Positions 38,855 to 52,529 are shown, counted from the stretch's first letter. The stretch: 64,000 bases of DNA from Octopus vulgaris (GCA_951406725.2 OX597826.1:558001-622000); one strand, 5' to 3'. Program-made: numbers and translations. Notes: generated from the sequence alone by a model not told the origin.

Positions 38855-38950
38855 CGAGCTCCATTTAGGGACCGCTTCTGACAAATCCTCTCACAAAGCT
38901 TTGGCCGACCCGAGGTTATAGTAAAACTCACTTGCCCAAGATACCATGCG
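38515..38950 (-). mobile_element. SINE family A, diverged, head missing
   Basis: GAATCGACCCCAGTAC..., CTCACAAAGCTTTGGCCGACCCGAGG...CTTGCCCAAG. Confidence 0.8.
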
Positions 38951-38966
38951 GCGGTAATAATATAAG

Positions 38967-39222
38967 CACTAGCGTGGCTAGCTGATGGGGGAGGGCATCC
39001 GCTCCGGGCGGCACCGCTTTTGGGTCTGCTGTAGGCTATAAGCCTGTATAGGCTGGATTGAAATCAAATAATAGTGGTTTTAGTGTCGGGACAAGGACAT
39101 TACTCACTGTTAAATGCAACAATCAGTATAGTCACTGTGCAATATGTATTTTGGTGGGGACCTAGTGGGAGGAGGCAAACTGGAGGTCCGCGTCGCTGTA
39201 ACACACTTTAGCTACACCACTG
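38967..39222. mobile_element. hAT-like MITE
   Basis: TIRs CACTAGCGTGGCTA / TAGCTACACCACTG and degenerate 8-bp TSD AATATAAG / AATATGAA. Confidence 0.7.
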
Positions 39223-40199
39223 AATATGAAGTATATACTACGTTCGACTATAGGCACAAGGTTTGAAATTTGCGGGATGAGCGACCTGTCGACTTCGGTG
39301 GAATTTGAACTCAGATTGTAAAGACGGATGAAATGTCGCTGAGCAATTTGCCCAACGTGTTAACATTTCTGGCAGATTGCCACCTTGAATAGGGAATATA
39401 TTCAAGTAAATAGTTTTAAAGTGAAACTCTTGTAAGAATAATTCCACGCGTGCCGTGCGATGAGGATTTCGAGTTAGACTTAGGTCTCCAGGATTTTCGG
39501 AGTCGAGGGTGACATTGGTTCCTGGAATCTGTGTCTTGGAGAGAGAAAAAAAAAAAAAAGGAACGGAAAAAACTTCTCATTGGCTTTCCATTGCCAATGC
39601 TTTTTCCAAACGAAATAAAATTTCACTTTTAATTTTTTCCTTTTTGCTAAAATAAATGGCATTTCCTTTTCTTTTTCTAATGTTATGATTTGTTTTGGTT
39701 CGTTTTGTTTTCATATCTGCTCAAAACAATGATAATAAAAATAATAACATTTATAATTAAAAGACGCGCACTCGCATGCGCACACAGCCTCGCACACGCG
39801 CGCAAACAAGCATCCCATTTCTGTATGCATATGGGTGTGTTTGTGTGTGTGTATGTGTGTATGTGTGTATGCGCGCGCGTGTGTGTATGTATGTGTGTGT
39901 ATGTAAGTGTGTGTGCGCGCATACATATATACATAAAAACATATGTACACTACTATATGCATTTGCGTATGTGCATGTGTTTAGAGAGAGAGAGAACAAC
40001 TTTATGTGTGTGTGTATGTGTGTGTGGGGGGGGGGTGCGAACGCGCTCACACACGCACATTGTGCCAGTGTGAGAACATCTCAAGTTCTTCGTTCAAATT
40101 CTACTAAGATCTACCTCTGCTTTAATCCATCCGATATCGATAAAATAAACTACAAGACGATATAATCGTCAGTCTTCTTCTCTATTAATATTATTATTA

Positions 40200-40254
<55 letters not shown>

Positions 40255-40269
40255 CATCATTATTATCAT

Positions 40270-40786
40270 TGAGTGAGAGAGCAGTGCATGCCATCAAAGT
40301 GACACGGGGGTAAAATATACAAAGCCCAGTCTACCCATCGTAGCTACCCATCTGATAAGTGTACACCAGGCACATGCATCACAACCATACGTGCGCGACA
40401 TGGTGATCTCATATCAAGATAAACAGCGCATGGGGCCCAGTTAGAATTTTCTTCTGGTTGAGTAGCCCATCCCGCTCAAAAGGTCACTGAATAAGGATTG
40501 TCTAACGATGTTGAACGAACCAGCCATGTTTTCAAAGGTGAATCATCCAAACCTCTAAGAATTCCTTTCAACAAACGGCTATGATGCTCCCTGACTACTT
40601 CTGCTTGTGATCAGAGATACACATATCGTCAGCCACTAAGGGACATGCTCAACTAGTTAAGGTCAAACAACTGACAAGCAAATCTGTGGTATTGAGCAGA
40701 ATATTTGGTGTAGCCCATCTTTTATACCAAGACAAAACATTTACATTATAACACCTCCACTCAGTTAAGATCGTACTGCATCAGGG

Positions 40787-40787
<1 letters not shown>
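40270..40787 (-). mobile_element. Non-coding retroposon (family E), second copy in (TAA)n
   Basis: Same left boundary TGAGTGAGAGAGCAGT as 35610. Confidence 0.85.
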
Positions 40788-40852
<65 letters not shown>

Positions 40853-41003
40853 TACTAAGGCGAACTGACAAAACCGTTGACACGTTAGACAGAACGTTTT
40901 GTGCAATTCGTCCGTCTTTACCGTCTCAGTTCAAGTTCCGACGAGTTCGACTTTTTCATCGTTTCAGGGTCGAAATTTCAGACCTTGAGCCTGTAGTAGA
41001 AGG

Positions 41004-41592
<589 letters not shown>

Positions 41593-41593
<1 letters not shown>

Positions 41594-41810
41594 GGGCAGT
41601 GAGTTGGCAGAATCGATACCGAACAAAATTCTTTGTGGAATGTCTTCTGATTTGTTGCATTCTGGGTTTAAATTCCACCGAGATTGACTTCGCTTGTCAT
41701 CTTTTCTGGGTCGATAAGATAAGTACCAGTCGAGTACAGTGGGGATCGATATAATTGACTAGCCCTCTTCGCTCCCAAAATTATAGCCCTTGTGCCTATA
41801 GTAGAAAGAT
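41593..41810 (+). mobile_element. SINE family B
   Basis: GGCAGTGAGTTGGCAGAATCG head and GGGTCGATAAGATAAGTACCAGT core. Confidence 0.85.
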
Positions 41811-42863
41811 TCTTTATAATTAATTGACACTGGAAATTATTAATCGCTTATTTATGAACAATCTGGTTCAAACGTTTTGATCAAATACCATTTACCGACA
41901 TTGAGAAGTCAAGCTCTGGTTAGAATGTCGCTGGAAATAATCACAAGGCCGATCCTTGATGCCGAGCCAACCTGCTGGAAACCCAAGGGTAGACTAAGAA
42001 CGAGATGATTTTATAATAGCCATAGGCTCCGTTGGTTTATGCTTGAAGATCAAGTCGGAAAGTTTAATGGTGGTTCTTTTTGATAGAACCCAATGGAGGA
42101 GCTATCTGAGGACTTTACGCCCTCGACCCTCACAGGAACAACGGACAGAGAAGATTAAGGATTGATGGCTGGAACAAGACAGCAATTTTGAGAGGATGCG
42201 CAGGGGTCAGTCGTTTTCATCAACTTTGGCACTGAACTGGTACTTTGGTTATTCGCTACCAGAATGATGAAACGCAAGATTGACTTCCCTTGGAATTTGA
42301 TCACAGAAGGTAAAAAGCCTGAAGCAATACGGTAAAGAAATATATTTGTTCTCCGATGCTCTTACGATCCTGCCTACTTGCGTTGCCTAGTAACGCTCAT
42401 AATTGAAATACTATAGTAACTTTTAGTGGGAAATGATATCAGTCTTATGAGAGTTCTTGTTGAGTGGTACGTTTCTATGCTAAGGTATCATAGTGTATTC
42501 GTAGTGTTCAGTTCCAATGCGCAAGCGCCCCGTGCTTATTTGACAAACGTCGGCTTCTATGGGCATGTTCTGTTCGTGTCTCTGTAGCTTAACGAGTCGG
42601 GATACATTTCTAGAGGTTATAGCTGTAAACCGAGTAAATTCTTGCTCATACTTACAGGTGAAAGGAAGAATTATAACCATGATACACTTCTACCAGAGGG
42701 GTTTATTAATTTGCGATTTGGCGCAGAAGGGCAAACATACTGACACACAAACACACGCATACAAAATTACAAGCTTGCATACATACATACATACGTACAT
42801 ACATACATACATACATACATACATACATACATACATACATACGTACGTACATAGATACATACA

Positions 42864-42897
<34 letters not shown>

Positions 42898-43682
42898 CCT
42901 ATATCACATACATACATGCATGCATGCATGCATACATACATATATACGTACATTCATACACGCATGCATACATACATGCATACAGGCATGCATACATACA
43001 CACACAAACGCGCATGCATACATGCAAATATAAATGCAAGCATGCACATAGCATATAATAAGATCCACATTCAAGCCTGCACATACGCATGCATGTATGT
43101 ATACGCTAACTTTTAGGTATTCACATGTATACACTTGCTTCTATGCGCGCATGCATACACATGCATAATGCATGTATACATGCATAAATTCATGTAAAAG
43201 GATCAGTGGAGCGATCGTGGTAAAGTTCCCTTCGTTAGTCTCTGATATAAACGCAGGTTGTATAGAAAATACCGATGACTTGATAATTGACCAATATAAT
43301 TTATCAATCAATCCATCAAATACAAGTCGCTCCATATGGAGATTAGACAGAAATTCCAGATTAGAAGAAAAATGCTATACAACTCCAGTTTGAAAGAAGA
43401 ACAAACAAAAGAAAAATAGTTATAATGCGATAATGAAATGTGTAGTTAAAGAGAAGAGAAGAGAAGAGAGAGTCGTGTAGTACAAGTGTTTGGGAAATCA
43501 TTTGCAACTGATGAAAGTATTCACTGGACAGCTACAAAACACTCGTAATGTTACACCAGATGCACCCGATGTGCTTTTGAAAGAGCTGTACTACTTAACT
43601 ACCTCACCATCCCTTTTGTTTACACACACACACACACATACATACATACATACATACATACATACATACATACATACATACA

Positions 43683-43718
<36 letters not shown>

Positions 43719-43729
43719 TATTATATATC

Positions 43730-44002
43730 ACCGTAATCACCGTGACCGACCACGCTATCAGATACTGCTACACATCGCTGGTCACAATGCGCTTCGCATT
43801 GATTTAGCCTTCAAATGACGCCATCCCGCTGGCTAAGCGAGCAGGCCAACAAAAGAAAGAGAGAAAGTTGTGGTGAAAGAGTACAGCAGGGATCGCCACC
43901 CCCCCCCCGTCGGAACCTCGTGGAGCTTTAGGTGTTTTCGCTTAATAAACACTCACAACTTCCGGTCTGGGAATCGAGTTCACTGCCCTAACCACTGGGC
44001 CA
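43730..44002 (-). mobile_element. SINE family C2
   Basis: Reverse complement of the 6813-7110 type. Confidence 0.85.
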
Positions 44003-44349
44003 TCATATATGGATGAAAACAGTTGGATTCGATCTTCTTGGAACTCTGAGTTTCAGGCGTGTCGCTAGTCTCCGGCCATTAAGACTGAATGAGAGTTCGA
44101 CTGAAGAAAGTCAATGTTTACTAGTGGACATTAGCCTGCGATTGGTGAAGAAAGGTCACGTGGTGCTGCAGTTTGATGTTGATATTTCAGCGACAACAAT
44201 TACTTGGAAAACACCGCATAGTGAACAGGAAATTGGAAGCTGGTACAAGGGAGGTATGTCCGGGTAGTCGGCAACCAGTAGCTTGAAATTTACTCGAAGG
44301 GTGTACCTCTGGTGGCAGCAATACGATACCTCATTTTTTGTTGATGATC

Positions 44350-44465
44350 AAGTATAGCCTGGGGTCACCCAGAGCATTGAGAGTGGATTTGGTAGATGGA
44401 AACTGAAAGAAGCCTTGTGCGTTTGTATGTATGTGTGTGTGTGTGTATAATGGTGTGTTTGTATG

Positions 44466-44546
<81 letters not shown>

Positions 44547-44750
44547 CTTTGTTTGTGTCTATGTTTGTCCACCGCCATCACCGCTTGGCATTGGTGAATT
44601 TACTTCCTCGTAACTTCGCAGTTCGGCAAAAGACACGGATAGAATTTGTCCCAGGCTTTAAAAAGATTATAACCTAAACACTGGGGTCCATTTGTTACAC
44701 TAAACACTTCAAGCTGGTGTCCTAGCATGGCAGCAGTCTAATGACTGAAA
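44350..44750 (+). mobile_element. SINE family A, 5'-truncated
   Basis: GAGTGGATTTGGTAGATGGAAACTGAAAGAAGCC, (TG)n and family tail. Confidence 0.82.
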
Positions 44751-45190
44751 AAAGGTTCTTAAAAAATCAAAGCTGTGTATTGATATAGATACAAGCATGC
44801 ACAACACACGCACACATACACACACACAAACACGCGCACAAACACACACACTCACAAACGCACACACAAACACACACACACAAATACACACACAAACACG
44901 CACAGGACACACACACAAACACACACATAAACACACACACTCACAAACGCACACACAAACACACACACACAAATACACACACAAACACGCACAGGACACA
45001 CACGCAAACACACACATAAACTCATACAAGCACAAACACACACACACACACACACAAACACGCACGCACTCACACAAGACAAGGCATCTCTGTTCGCTAT
45101 TCCAATGAAAGAGTCTCGTTTCTACGCTAGAAACTTGTTCTATATTCTATCCACTCGTGAAAAATTTCGAGAAACAAAGCATAGAACGTG

Positions 45191-45284
<94 letters not shown>

Positions 45285-45496
45285 CACACGCACACACTCA
45301 CGTACACACATGCACATCCGTGAGCACACTTGTTACGGAAAGTTCTTTTGCCTTGTCAACTTTCCCAGAACTGACATGTTAACTGGTGTGTGACACGGAT
45401 TGTCGTCTAGTTTCAGGTGGAAATACGAAATTTCGTCTCCCGCTATGCCGCATAGGGGGAGATCGCATGATATAATTGAACGATTGGCCCCTTTAC

Positions 45497-45528
<32 letters not shown>

Positions 45529-45543
45529 AGCAGTAACAGTAGC

Positions 45544-45599
<56 letters not shown>

Positions 45600-45973
45600 C
45601 AGCAGCTGCAGCTGCAGCCGCTGAATCTTCACTTCGGCTCCCCTTACAGAATCTGTAGACCAAGATTTGTTGAGGTTATCGGTGGGGAGAATGTAATACA
45701 TCTGATGCTGTTGACTGGAGCTGGTTGTCGAGTTGGTGGTGGTGGTGGCGTAGGTGGGGGTAATCCTGGTGACAGAGGAAGGGGGTTATGGTAACGATGA
45801 GTGGGCGTGGGTGAGGAGATGAAGCTGGATTTTATAGTAAAACTGGTGATGGTGTCGCTGTTATTTAGTAATAATGGTAGTGATGGTGATGATGAAGACG
45901 TCGATGATGATGATGATGCTAATGATACGGAGAATTAGTAGAGGAGGAGGTCGAATGTGGTACGTATACACAG

Positions 45974-46014
<41 letters not shown>

Positions 46015-46027
<13 letters not shown>

Positions 46028-46828
46028 TGTACGTACCTACCTCTACATGTATATATACATGCATATATAGGTACAGGACACCAAAAAAACGTCGAACACA
46101 ATGAGAAACGGAAACATAAACACAAAAACAAGGAACTGGACATTTTTCTTAAACAACAAAAAAATAGAGTACAGGACAAATAACACAAGGACAATTCCCC
46201 TTCTTCAGTCGCCATGGTTTCATCTACTCTGCGTTTCGAAGGTGAAGGCGATACGCATCTTCGATAGAAACTTTCCTTCCTGCGAAAAGCAAATCAAATA
46301 AAATTTGAGATCTTTTTGCAGACGGGTAAAAATGGTAACAAAAACAGGACAGTAACGACAGTACAAAATATAAACAGTAAAAGACAGGACAAGGAGAATA
46401 ACAAGACAAGAAGGGCTGTTAAGCCGAACGAAAAAAAGTATTACGAACGCTATTTTTGAGGACAGCGAAGATTTTGTACTGTCGTTACTGTCCTGTTTTT
46501 GTTACCATTTTTACCCCTCTGCAAAAAGATCTCAAATTTTATTTAATTTGCTTTTCGCAGGAAGGAAAGTTTCTATCGAAGATGCGTATCGCCTTCACCT
46601 TCGAAACGCAGAGTAGATGAAACCATGGCGACTGAAGAAGGGGAATTGTCCTTGTGTTATTTGTCCTGTACTCTATTTTTTTGTTGTTTAAGAAAAATGT
46701 CCAGTTCCTTGTTTTTGTGTTTATGTTTCCGTTTCTCATTGTGTTCGACGTTTTTTTGGTGTCCTGTACCCATATATGCGTGTATTTATACATGTAGAAG
46801 TAGGTACGTACATATATATGTATATATA
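46015..46828. repeat. Young inverted duplication (~355-bp arms, 101-bp spacer) of a PLE-terminal-like repeat
   Basis: 46015-46369 is the reverse complement of 46471-46828 with only a handful of mismatches. Confidence 0.95.
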
Positions 46829-46898
46829 TGCATATGTTTTATTTATTAATATATTATATGACGGAACGCACGCATCCTTTTCTAAGTAAGATTGTTCT

Positions 46899-46960
<62 letters not shown>

Positions 46961-47345
46961 GGCGCAGGAATGGCTGTGTGGTAATAAGCTTGCTTCACAA
47001 CTACATGGTTCCGGGTTCAGTCCCACTGCGTTGCACCTTGGGCAACTGTCTTCTACTATAACCTTGGGCAAACCAAAGCCTTGTGAGTGAATTTGGTAGA
47101 CGCAAACTAAAAGAAGCCCGTCGTATATATGTGTGTGTGTTTTTCCCTGTGTTTGTCCCCCCACCATCGCTTAACACCAATGTTGGTATGTTTACGTCTC
47201 CGTAACTTAGCGGTTCCGCAAGAGGGACACAATGGGATAAGTACTAGGCTTTACAAAGAATAAGTCCTAGGGTCGATTTGCTCGACCAAAGGCGGTGATC
47301 CAGTATGGCCGCAGTCAAGTGACTGAAACAAGTAAAAGAATAAAA
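46961..47345 (+). mobile_element. SINE family A, full length
   Basis: GGCGCAGGAATGGCTGTGTGGTAA head through GACTGAAACAAGTAAAAGAAT tail. Confidence 0.92.
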
Positions 47346-47585
47346 AATATATATGGCCGGGTTGTGAATATATTATCGATGTATTTGCAAATGTCTCTCC
47401 TTCCCCTTCTCCTATTTCCTTCTTCTTTTCCTTATCTCGCATCTTTTGTTTCCCCACCGTTTCATAAACACCCCAACCACTCTATCACACTCCAAGAATT
47501 ACAATAACCTTTTGTAACAAGCATCAAAACCGTTCCAATATGTACAGTCGATCTTTTGTAATCATTTTTAACCTTTGTTGCCAAA

Positions 47586-47750
47586 GGCGCAGGCGTGGCT
47601 GTGAAATAAGAAGCTTGCTCCACAACCACATGGCTCCGGTTTCAATCCAACTGCATGACACCTTGGGCAAGTGTCTTCTACTATAGTCTCACGCCGACCA
47701 AAGCCTTGTGAGTACACATGGTAGACGGAAATTGAAAGAAGCCCGTCGTG
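47586..47750 (+). mobile_element. SINE family A, 5' half
   Basis: GGCGCAGGCGTGGCTGTG...GAAAGAAGCCCGTCG. Confidence 0.88.
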
Positions 47751-47759
47751 TACATATAT

Positions 47760-48125
47760 TCTTTTATTTGTTTCAGTCTTTTGACTGCGGCCATGCTGGA
47801 GCACCGCCTTTTTTTAGCCGAACGAATCGACCCCAGGACTTATTGTTTGTAAGCCTGGTAGTTATTCTATCAGTCTCTTTTGTCGAACCGCTAAGTTACA
47901 GGGACGTAAGCACAACATCGGTTGTCAAGTGATGGTGTGGGACAGACACAAACATAAATAAATAAATATATATATATACGACGGGCTTCTTTCAGTTTCT
48001 GTCTACCAAATGCACTCACAAGGCTTTGGGCGGCCCTAGGCTATAGTCGAAGACACTTGCCCAAGGTACCACGAAGTGGGACTGAAACAGGAACCATGTG
48101 GTTGGGAAGCAAGCTTCTTACCACA
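47760..48125 (-). mobile_element. SINE family A
   Basis: Reverse complement of the family consensus. Confidence 0.9.
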
Positions 48126-48149
48126 TGTGTATACATATTTATATCTATA

Positions 48150-48300
48150 TACATTATTTACATTCGACGGACATTTGTCCTCATCTTGTTTGTCGTTAAC
48201 ACAACGTTTTTGTTGATAAACTCTTCAGCCTTCATCAGGTGTCTTGCGGAAATTTCGAACCTGGGTTCTCATTCCCAAGGTATTTTTCGATGTTATTACT
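48150..48300 (-). mobile_element. Second copy of the hammerhead-SINE body (HHR at 48199-48242)
   Basis: Aligns with 12384-12530. Minus: ACAC-CTGATGA-A-GGCTG...CAACA-AAAA-CGT-T-GTGT. Confidence 0.8.
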
Positions 48301-48638
48301 ATTATTTTATGTTTGACTTTTGCTTTACATTTGTACGAGTTGGCTCCAAGTCTCACCCAGAGACCTCAAGAGACAATAAGTTGGAAGTTCATGGTTTTTA
48401 TGCCTAAGGTGCCATATATTTGGTTTTGTACATAGTGCTGTTCTAAAGAATGCTCTTTTACTCTTTTACTTTGTTTCACTCATTTGACTGTAGCCATGCT
48501 GGATCACCGCCTTTAGTCGAACAAATCGACCCCAGGACTTATTCTTTGTAATCCTAGTACTTATTCTATCGGTCTTTTTTGCCGAACCGCTAAGTTATGG
48601 GGACATAAACACACCAGATTCGGTGGGGACAAACACAG

Positions 48639-48699
<61 letters not shown>

Positions 48700-49112
48700 T
48701 ATGACGGGCTTCTTTCAGTTTCCGTCTACCAAATCCACTCACAAGGCCTTGGTCGACCCGAGGCTATAGTAGAAGACACTTGCCCAAGGTGCCACGCAGT
48801 GGGACTGAACCCGGAACCATGCGATTCATAATCAAGCTACTTATCACACAGCCACTCCTACGCCTATGTTTAAGAAATCATAAGAAAATTATGTTTGTTT
48901 TAAAACTTGAGATTACATAGAAAGTATTTTCCGTAGGATATGGACAGTTCCCATGAGCACTATCTTTTGAATTTCTGCCATTTTGGGGTTTCCTGGTATC
49001 TGAGCTAGGTAGCAATCAGCCCCTTTTGCTATCATTCCCAGGGCACCTATGACAACAAGTATTGTTTTAGTCTTCAGGTTCCACATTTTGCCAATTTCTA
49101 TTTCAAGATCTT
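48301..49112 (-). mobile_element. RLE-type (R4/Dong-like) LINE 3' end, split by a SINE
   Basis: DLEIEIGKMWNLKTKTILVVIGALGMI...EIQKIVLMGTVHILRKILSM* (48913-49112) plus probable 3' UTR ending in ATT repeats. Confidence 0.85.
48455..48865 (-). mobile_element. SINE family A, full length, nested in the LINE 3' UTR
   Basis: Reverse complement of the family consensus. Confidence 0.92.
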
Positions 49113-50974
49113 GTTGAAATAATTTCGTCGTATTAAACATGTGCTTGGAACATAAAAGATTCATTCCAGAGGTTTTGAGACTGTTATAGGAGAGGCAGTT
49201 ATAACTATCCGGATTATAGTAATTATATTATACGGCTAATAATCTGACCTGCTAACTTTTCATTCTAGATTGAAAGAAACTGTTGTAAGAGTACTTTGAA
49301 CTCACCTTTCTGTATACTGTTTGTCTCAGCCTATTAAGCACTGCTTCTCACAATTTCATCCTGATAACCAATTACTCGATAGAGGGGCGGTGTTTTTGAA
49401 GACATTGTGAGGATTGTGGTTGTTACAACAGTCTTGGATATCTTCACTTTGGAGGGCTTCCGTGGAGCCTTCACAAAGTGGCGAGGGCGCTGCAACAAGT
49501 GCATTGAAGCCAGAAGATCCTACTTTGAAGGAGATCAGAGTTTTGTGCTTCTTTGAAGTTTATGTCTCTCCTGAAAAAGTCTCAAAACTTCTGGAATGCA
49601 CCTCGTACTTTATCATAGAATTTTAACGAAAGATTTTAATTTTGATCGCTTTAAAAGCAAGCAACTTGTATCATAGAACTAAGGGGTTGTCTCAACCGAG
49701 TTAACCTTTTAATCTTTCAGTCATCCACCTTGATCCCATTCTCTACTTCTCCCTACTTCCATGCTATTCATTCGCTCTCGAGTATTTCTTGAACCATTTT
49801 CCCCCCTTCTATTCTAAAGAGTTACTTTTGTCAGTCATATTTATCTCCCATTTCTCGTTATCAATATCTTCATTAATGGTTTCTTTTATTTGGGTTACAC
49901 CCATGACCACAACCGTCACCTTATCTATATTTGTGTCGCTCTCACACTATTATATCCACTAGCAGAAAAAACTGCCCTCCTGGTGGTTTTCTGCTGGCAT
50001 GTGTGTTGCGCATATTGATATTATATATAAATATAGATATATACATATAGATATGATACATAAATTATAGAGTAAATTGACAATATGCTCATGAATTGAA
50101 CAAAGACTCTGTTATAGTTTTTTTCTGTAATCAGTAAAATAATCCATGATGCATTTAAAAAAAAGACGATAATGAAAATTGGAAAAGAGATGACTAGAGT
50201 GAATTTGAAAATATAAGCTCTGGTTGAAATTAATGAATTACATTTACCAATACGAAGAATTGAATTTTGCTATATTGTTATTTCATTATATTCACTTATA
50301 GATGTATTGTTTCTAGTGTCCCTTTCCTAGCAATTAAAAAGAAACTTAAATTCATTTCAATTAAAAGAGAGTCATGAATATCTCTCATCATTGTAGGGTG
50401 TTTTTGCAGACACAACTGTTAGCAAATGAACCCCTTTTCATTTATCTCGGTTAATATTTTTATATTCTCTTTTTTTTTTTGATGCTCGTGATAATGCAAC
50501 ATGCATCTGACCATGTGCGAAGAATTGTGTTGGGAGATGATATTATTGACTAAATAATTTCAAGGTTGTACCCCAGTATAACCGTAGTCTAACGCAATTT
50601 GAAAACTTAATTCTATTAGACAGGGATTATTGTTTTTGCACTACGTAATACTTTTTAAAATAATTTACTCGTTTTGTTGGTTTTGTTTTCGCTTTATGAT
50701 ATTTTTTACGAACGCGAAGAAAAAGTATTTGTTTACATATGGAATTCAAATGGAAGTTGACATTTAAAACAGAAGCGAATCTTGTAATATTAAGCGTTAT
50801 AATTTATGGTTGATATACAAATAAACTTTATAGTTTGAAATTTTTTTTAATATTCATTTATAATTTCTTCAAAGTAATATGTCATTTTTTAAAAACGTGG
50901 ATAAAAAAAATAAACTGGACACAGTCCCACAATTCTTCAAACATTATAATATAGATTATCAGTATTATGTTTTG

Positions 50975-51540
50975 CTTGACAGAATCGTTAGAACGTCGGA
51001 CAAAACGCCTTTCGATATTTGTTGCAGCACTTTTTGTTCTGAGACCAAATCAAGTTCAGGTGAACGTTATCTTTCGTCTTTTGCGGGGTGGGAGCGATAA
51101 AATAAAGTACCAATCAAGTACTAAATGACTAACCTCCTCCCTCAATTTTTGGCCTTGTACACATAGTAGAATAAATTATTGGCTTCATATTTTGGACACA
51201 AGACCAGCAATTTCGGTGGGCTAAGTCAATTGCATCGCCCCAGTGTTCAACTGGTACTTATCTTATCGATCTCGAAAGAATGAAAGGTAAAGTCGACTTC
51301 AATGGAGTTTGAACTCAGAACGTGGAGACGAGCAAAATGTCGCTATACATTTTGCACGGTGCGCTAACATTTCTGCCAATTCACCGCCTTATTAAATAAC
51401 TTATTATTGTGAAGAATAGTGAGCTATTGAAATTCTTTAAAGGGTCGGACAAATTACCTTGTTATCTTTCCTTCGGATCTTTAGGTCCTGAGTTCATTTC
51501 CTGCTGAGGTTAAATTTGCTGTTAAAACTGTCCAGTATTG
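50975..51540. mobile_element. Cluster of three family B SINEs (+ 50975-51170, - 51180-51390, + 51415-51540)
   Basis: Family B heads and cores in alternating orientation. Confidence 0.72.
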
Positions 51541-51810
51541 GAGTCTGTGGAAAGCTGCTGCGCTGGGTAAAATACTACTTGATAAACAAGACCTAATATG
51601 TTATGACAGACGGAATCCACTCTAATCCAGCGAAAATCACCTTAGATGACCCCTAAAGGACGGTGTTGGACCCACTACCGTTCATGGCATACATAAATGA
51701 CATCACAAATTTCATTAAAAAGCAGGAGCATCAGAAAGTGTTGAACGGAGAACATGACCGAATACATCGCCAATTTGATTTACAACTGTAAGTCAAAGAA
51801 CGAGTAAATA
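51540..51810 (+). mobile_element. Decayed CR1-type RT fragment
   Basis: TVLDPLPFMAYINDIT resembles the PQG.VLGPLLF..YINDL RT motif. Confidence 0.65.
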
Positions 51811-52239
51811 CAATCGTCTTCTATAGCTTTGCTCTAAGGCAACCAATGTTTCCATTATCTTTATCTTAAGCCGCTAAGTATTCCACTCGACGTGCTAGCG
51901 ATTCTGCCAGCTTTCACCGCCCTGGCAACACATGTAATATTACTGCCTCTACTCATCGTAACGTGAATATTGTAAGGAATGAATCATCCCAGAGGTTACC
52001 TCCATTCTCATGATACCCGAAAAAATTTACTAAATAAGTAAAAAGAAATAGCATGGAAAGCTCTGATTAATGCGACCGCCTCGAAAGCCTAGATTCTGTT
52101 ACTTCCGAAGACGTCATAAGAGCTACATCCTGTGCACAATATCGAAAGTATTTCGATTTCATTTCCCAAATTATCTTAACATCAAGTTTGGGATCCCATG
52201 AATTATGGACTTAACACAAATCCCATGCTACATAAACAT

Positions 52240-52450
52240 ATTGGTTTCAAATTTTGGTGCAAGGCCAGCAAATTCAGGGGAGGGGCTAAGTCGATTACAT
52301 CGACCTCAGTGCTTGACTGGCACTTATTTTGTCGACCCCGAAAGGCATGAAACGCAAATTCGAACTCTGCCGGATTCGAACTCAGATCATAAAGATGGAT
52401 GAAATGCCGCTAGAAAGTTTGTCCGGCGTGCTAATAATTCTGCCAGCTCT
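52240..52450 (-). mobile_element. SINE family B
   Basis: Family B core and GTGCTAATAATTCTGCCAGCTC head. Confidence 0.82.
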
Positions 52451-52529
52451 ACTATGCAATTCTTTCGCTCCAACCAATCTGGTTTTATTTAACATTGTTC
52501 TGAGATAAATCAAGAGAGAAAAAAAAACA

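Noticed and set aside
45333-45701. 122-aa ORF with poly-Leu as a secreted or membrane peptide
   Set aside because: The hydrophobic run is a (CTA/CTG)n microsatellite, and I see no recognisable homology or splice context.
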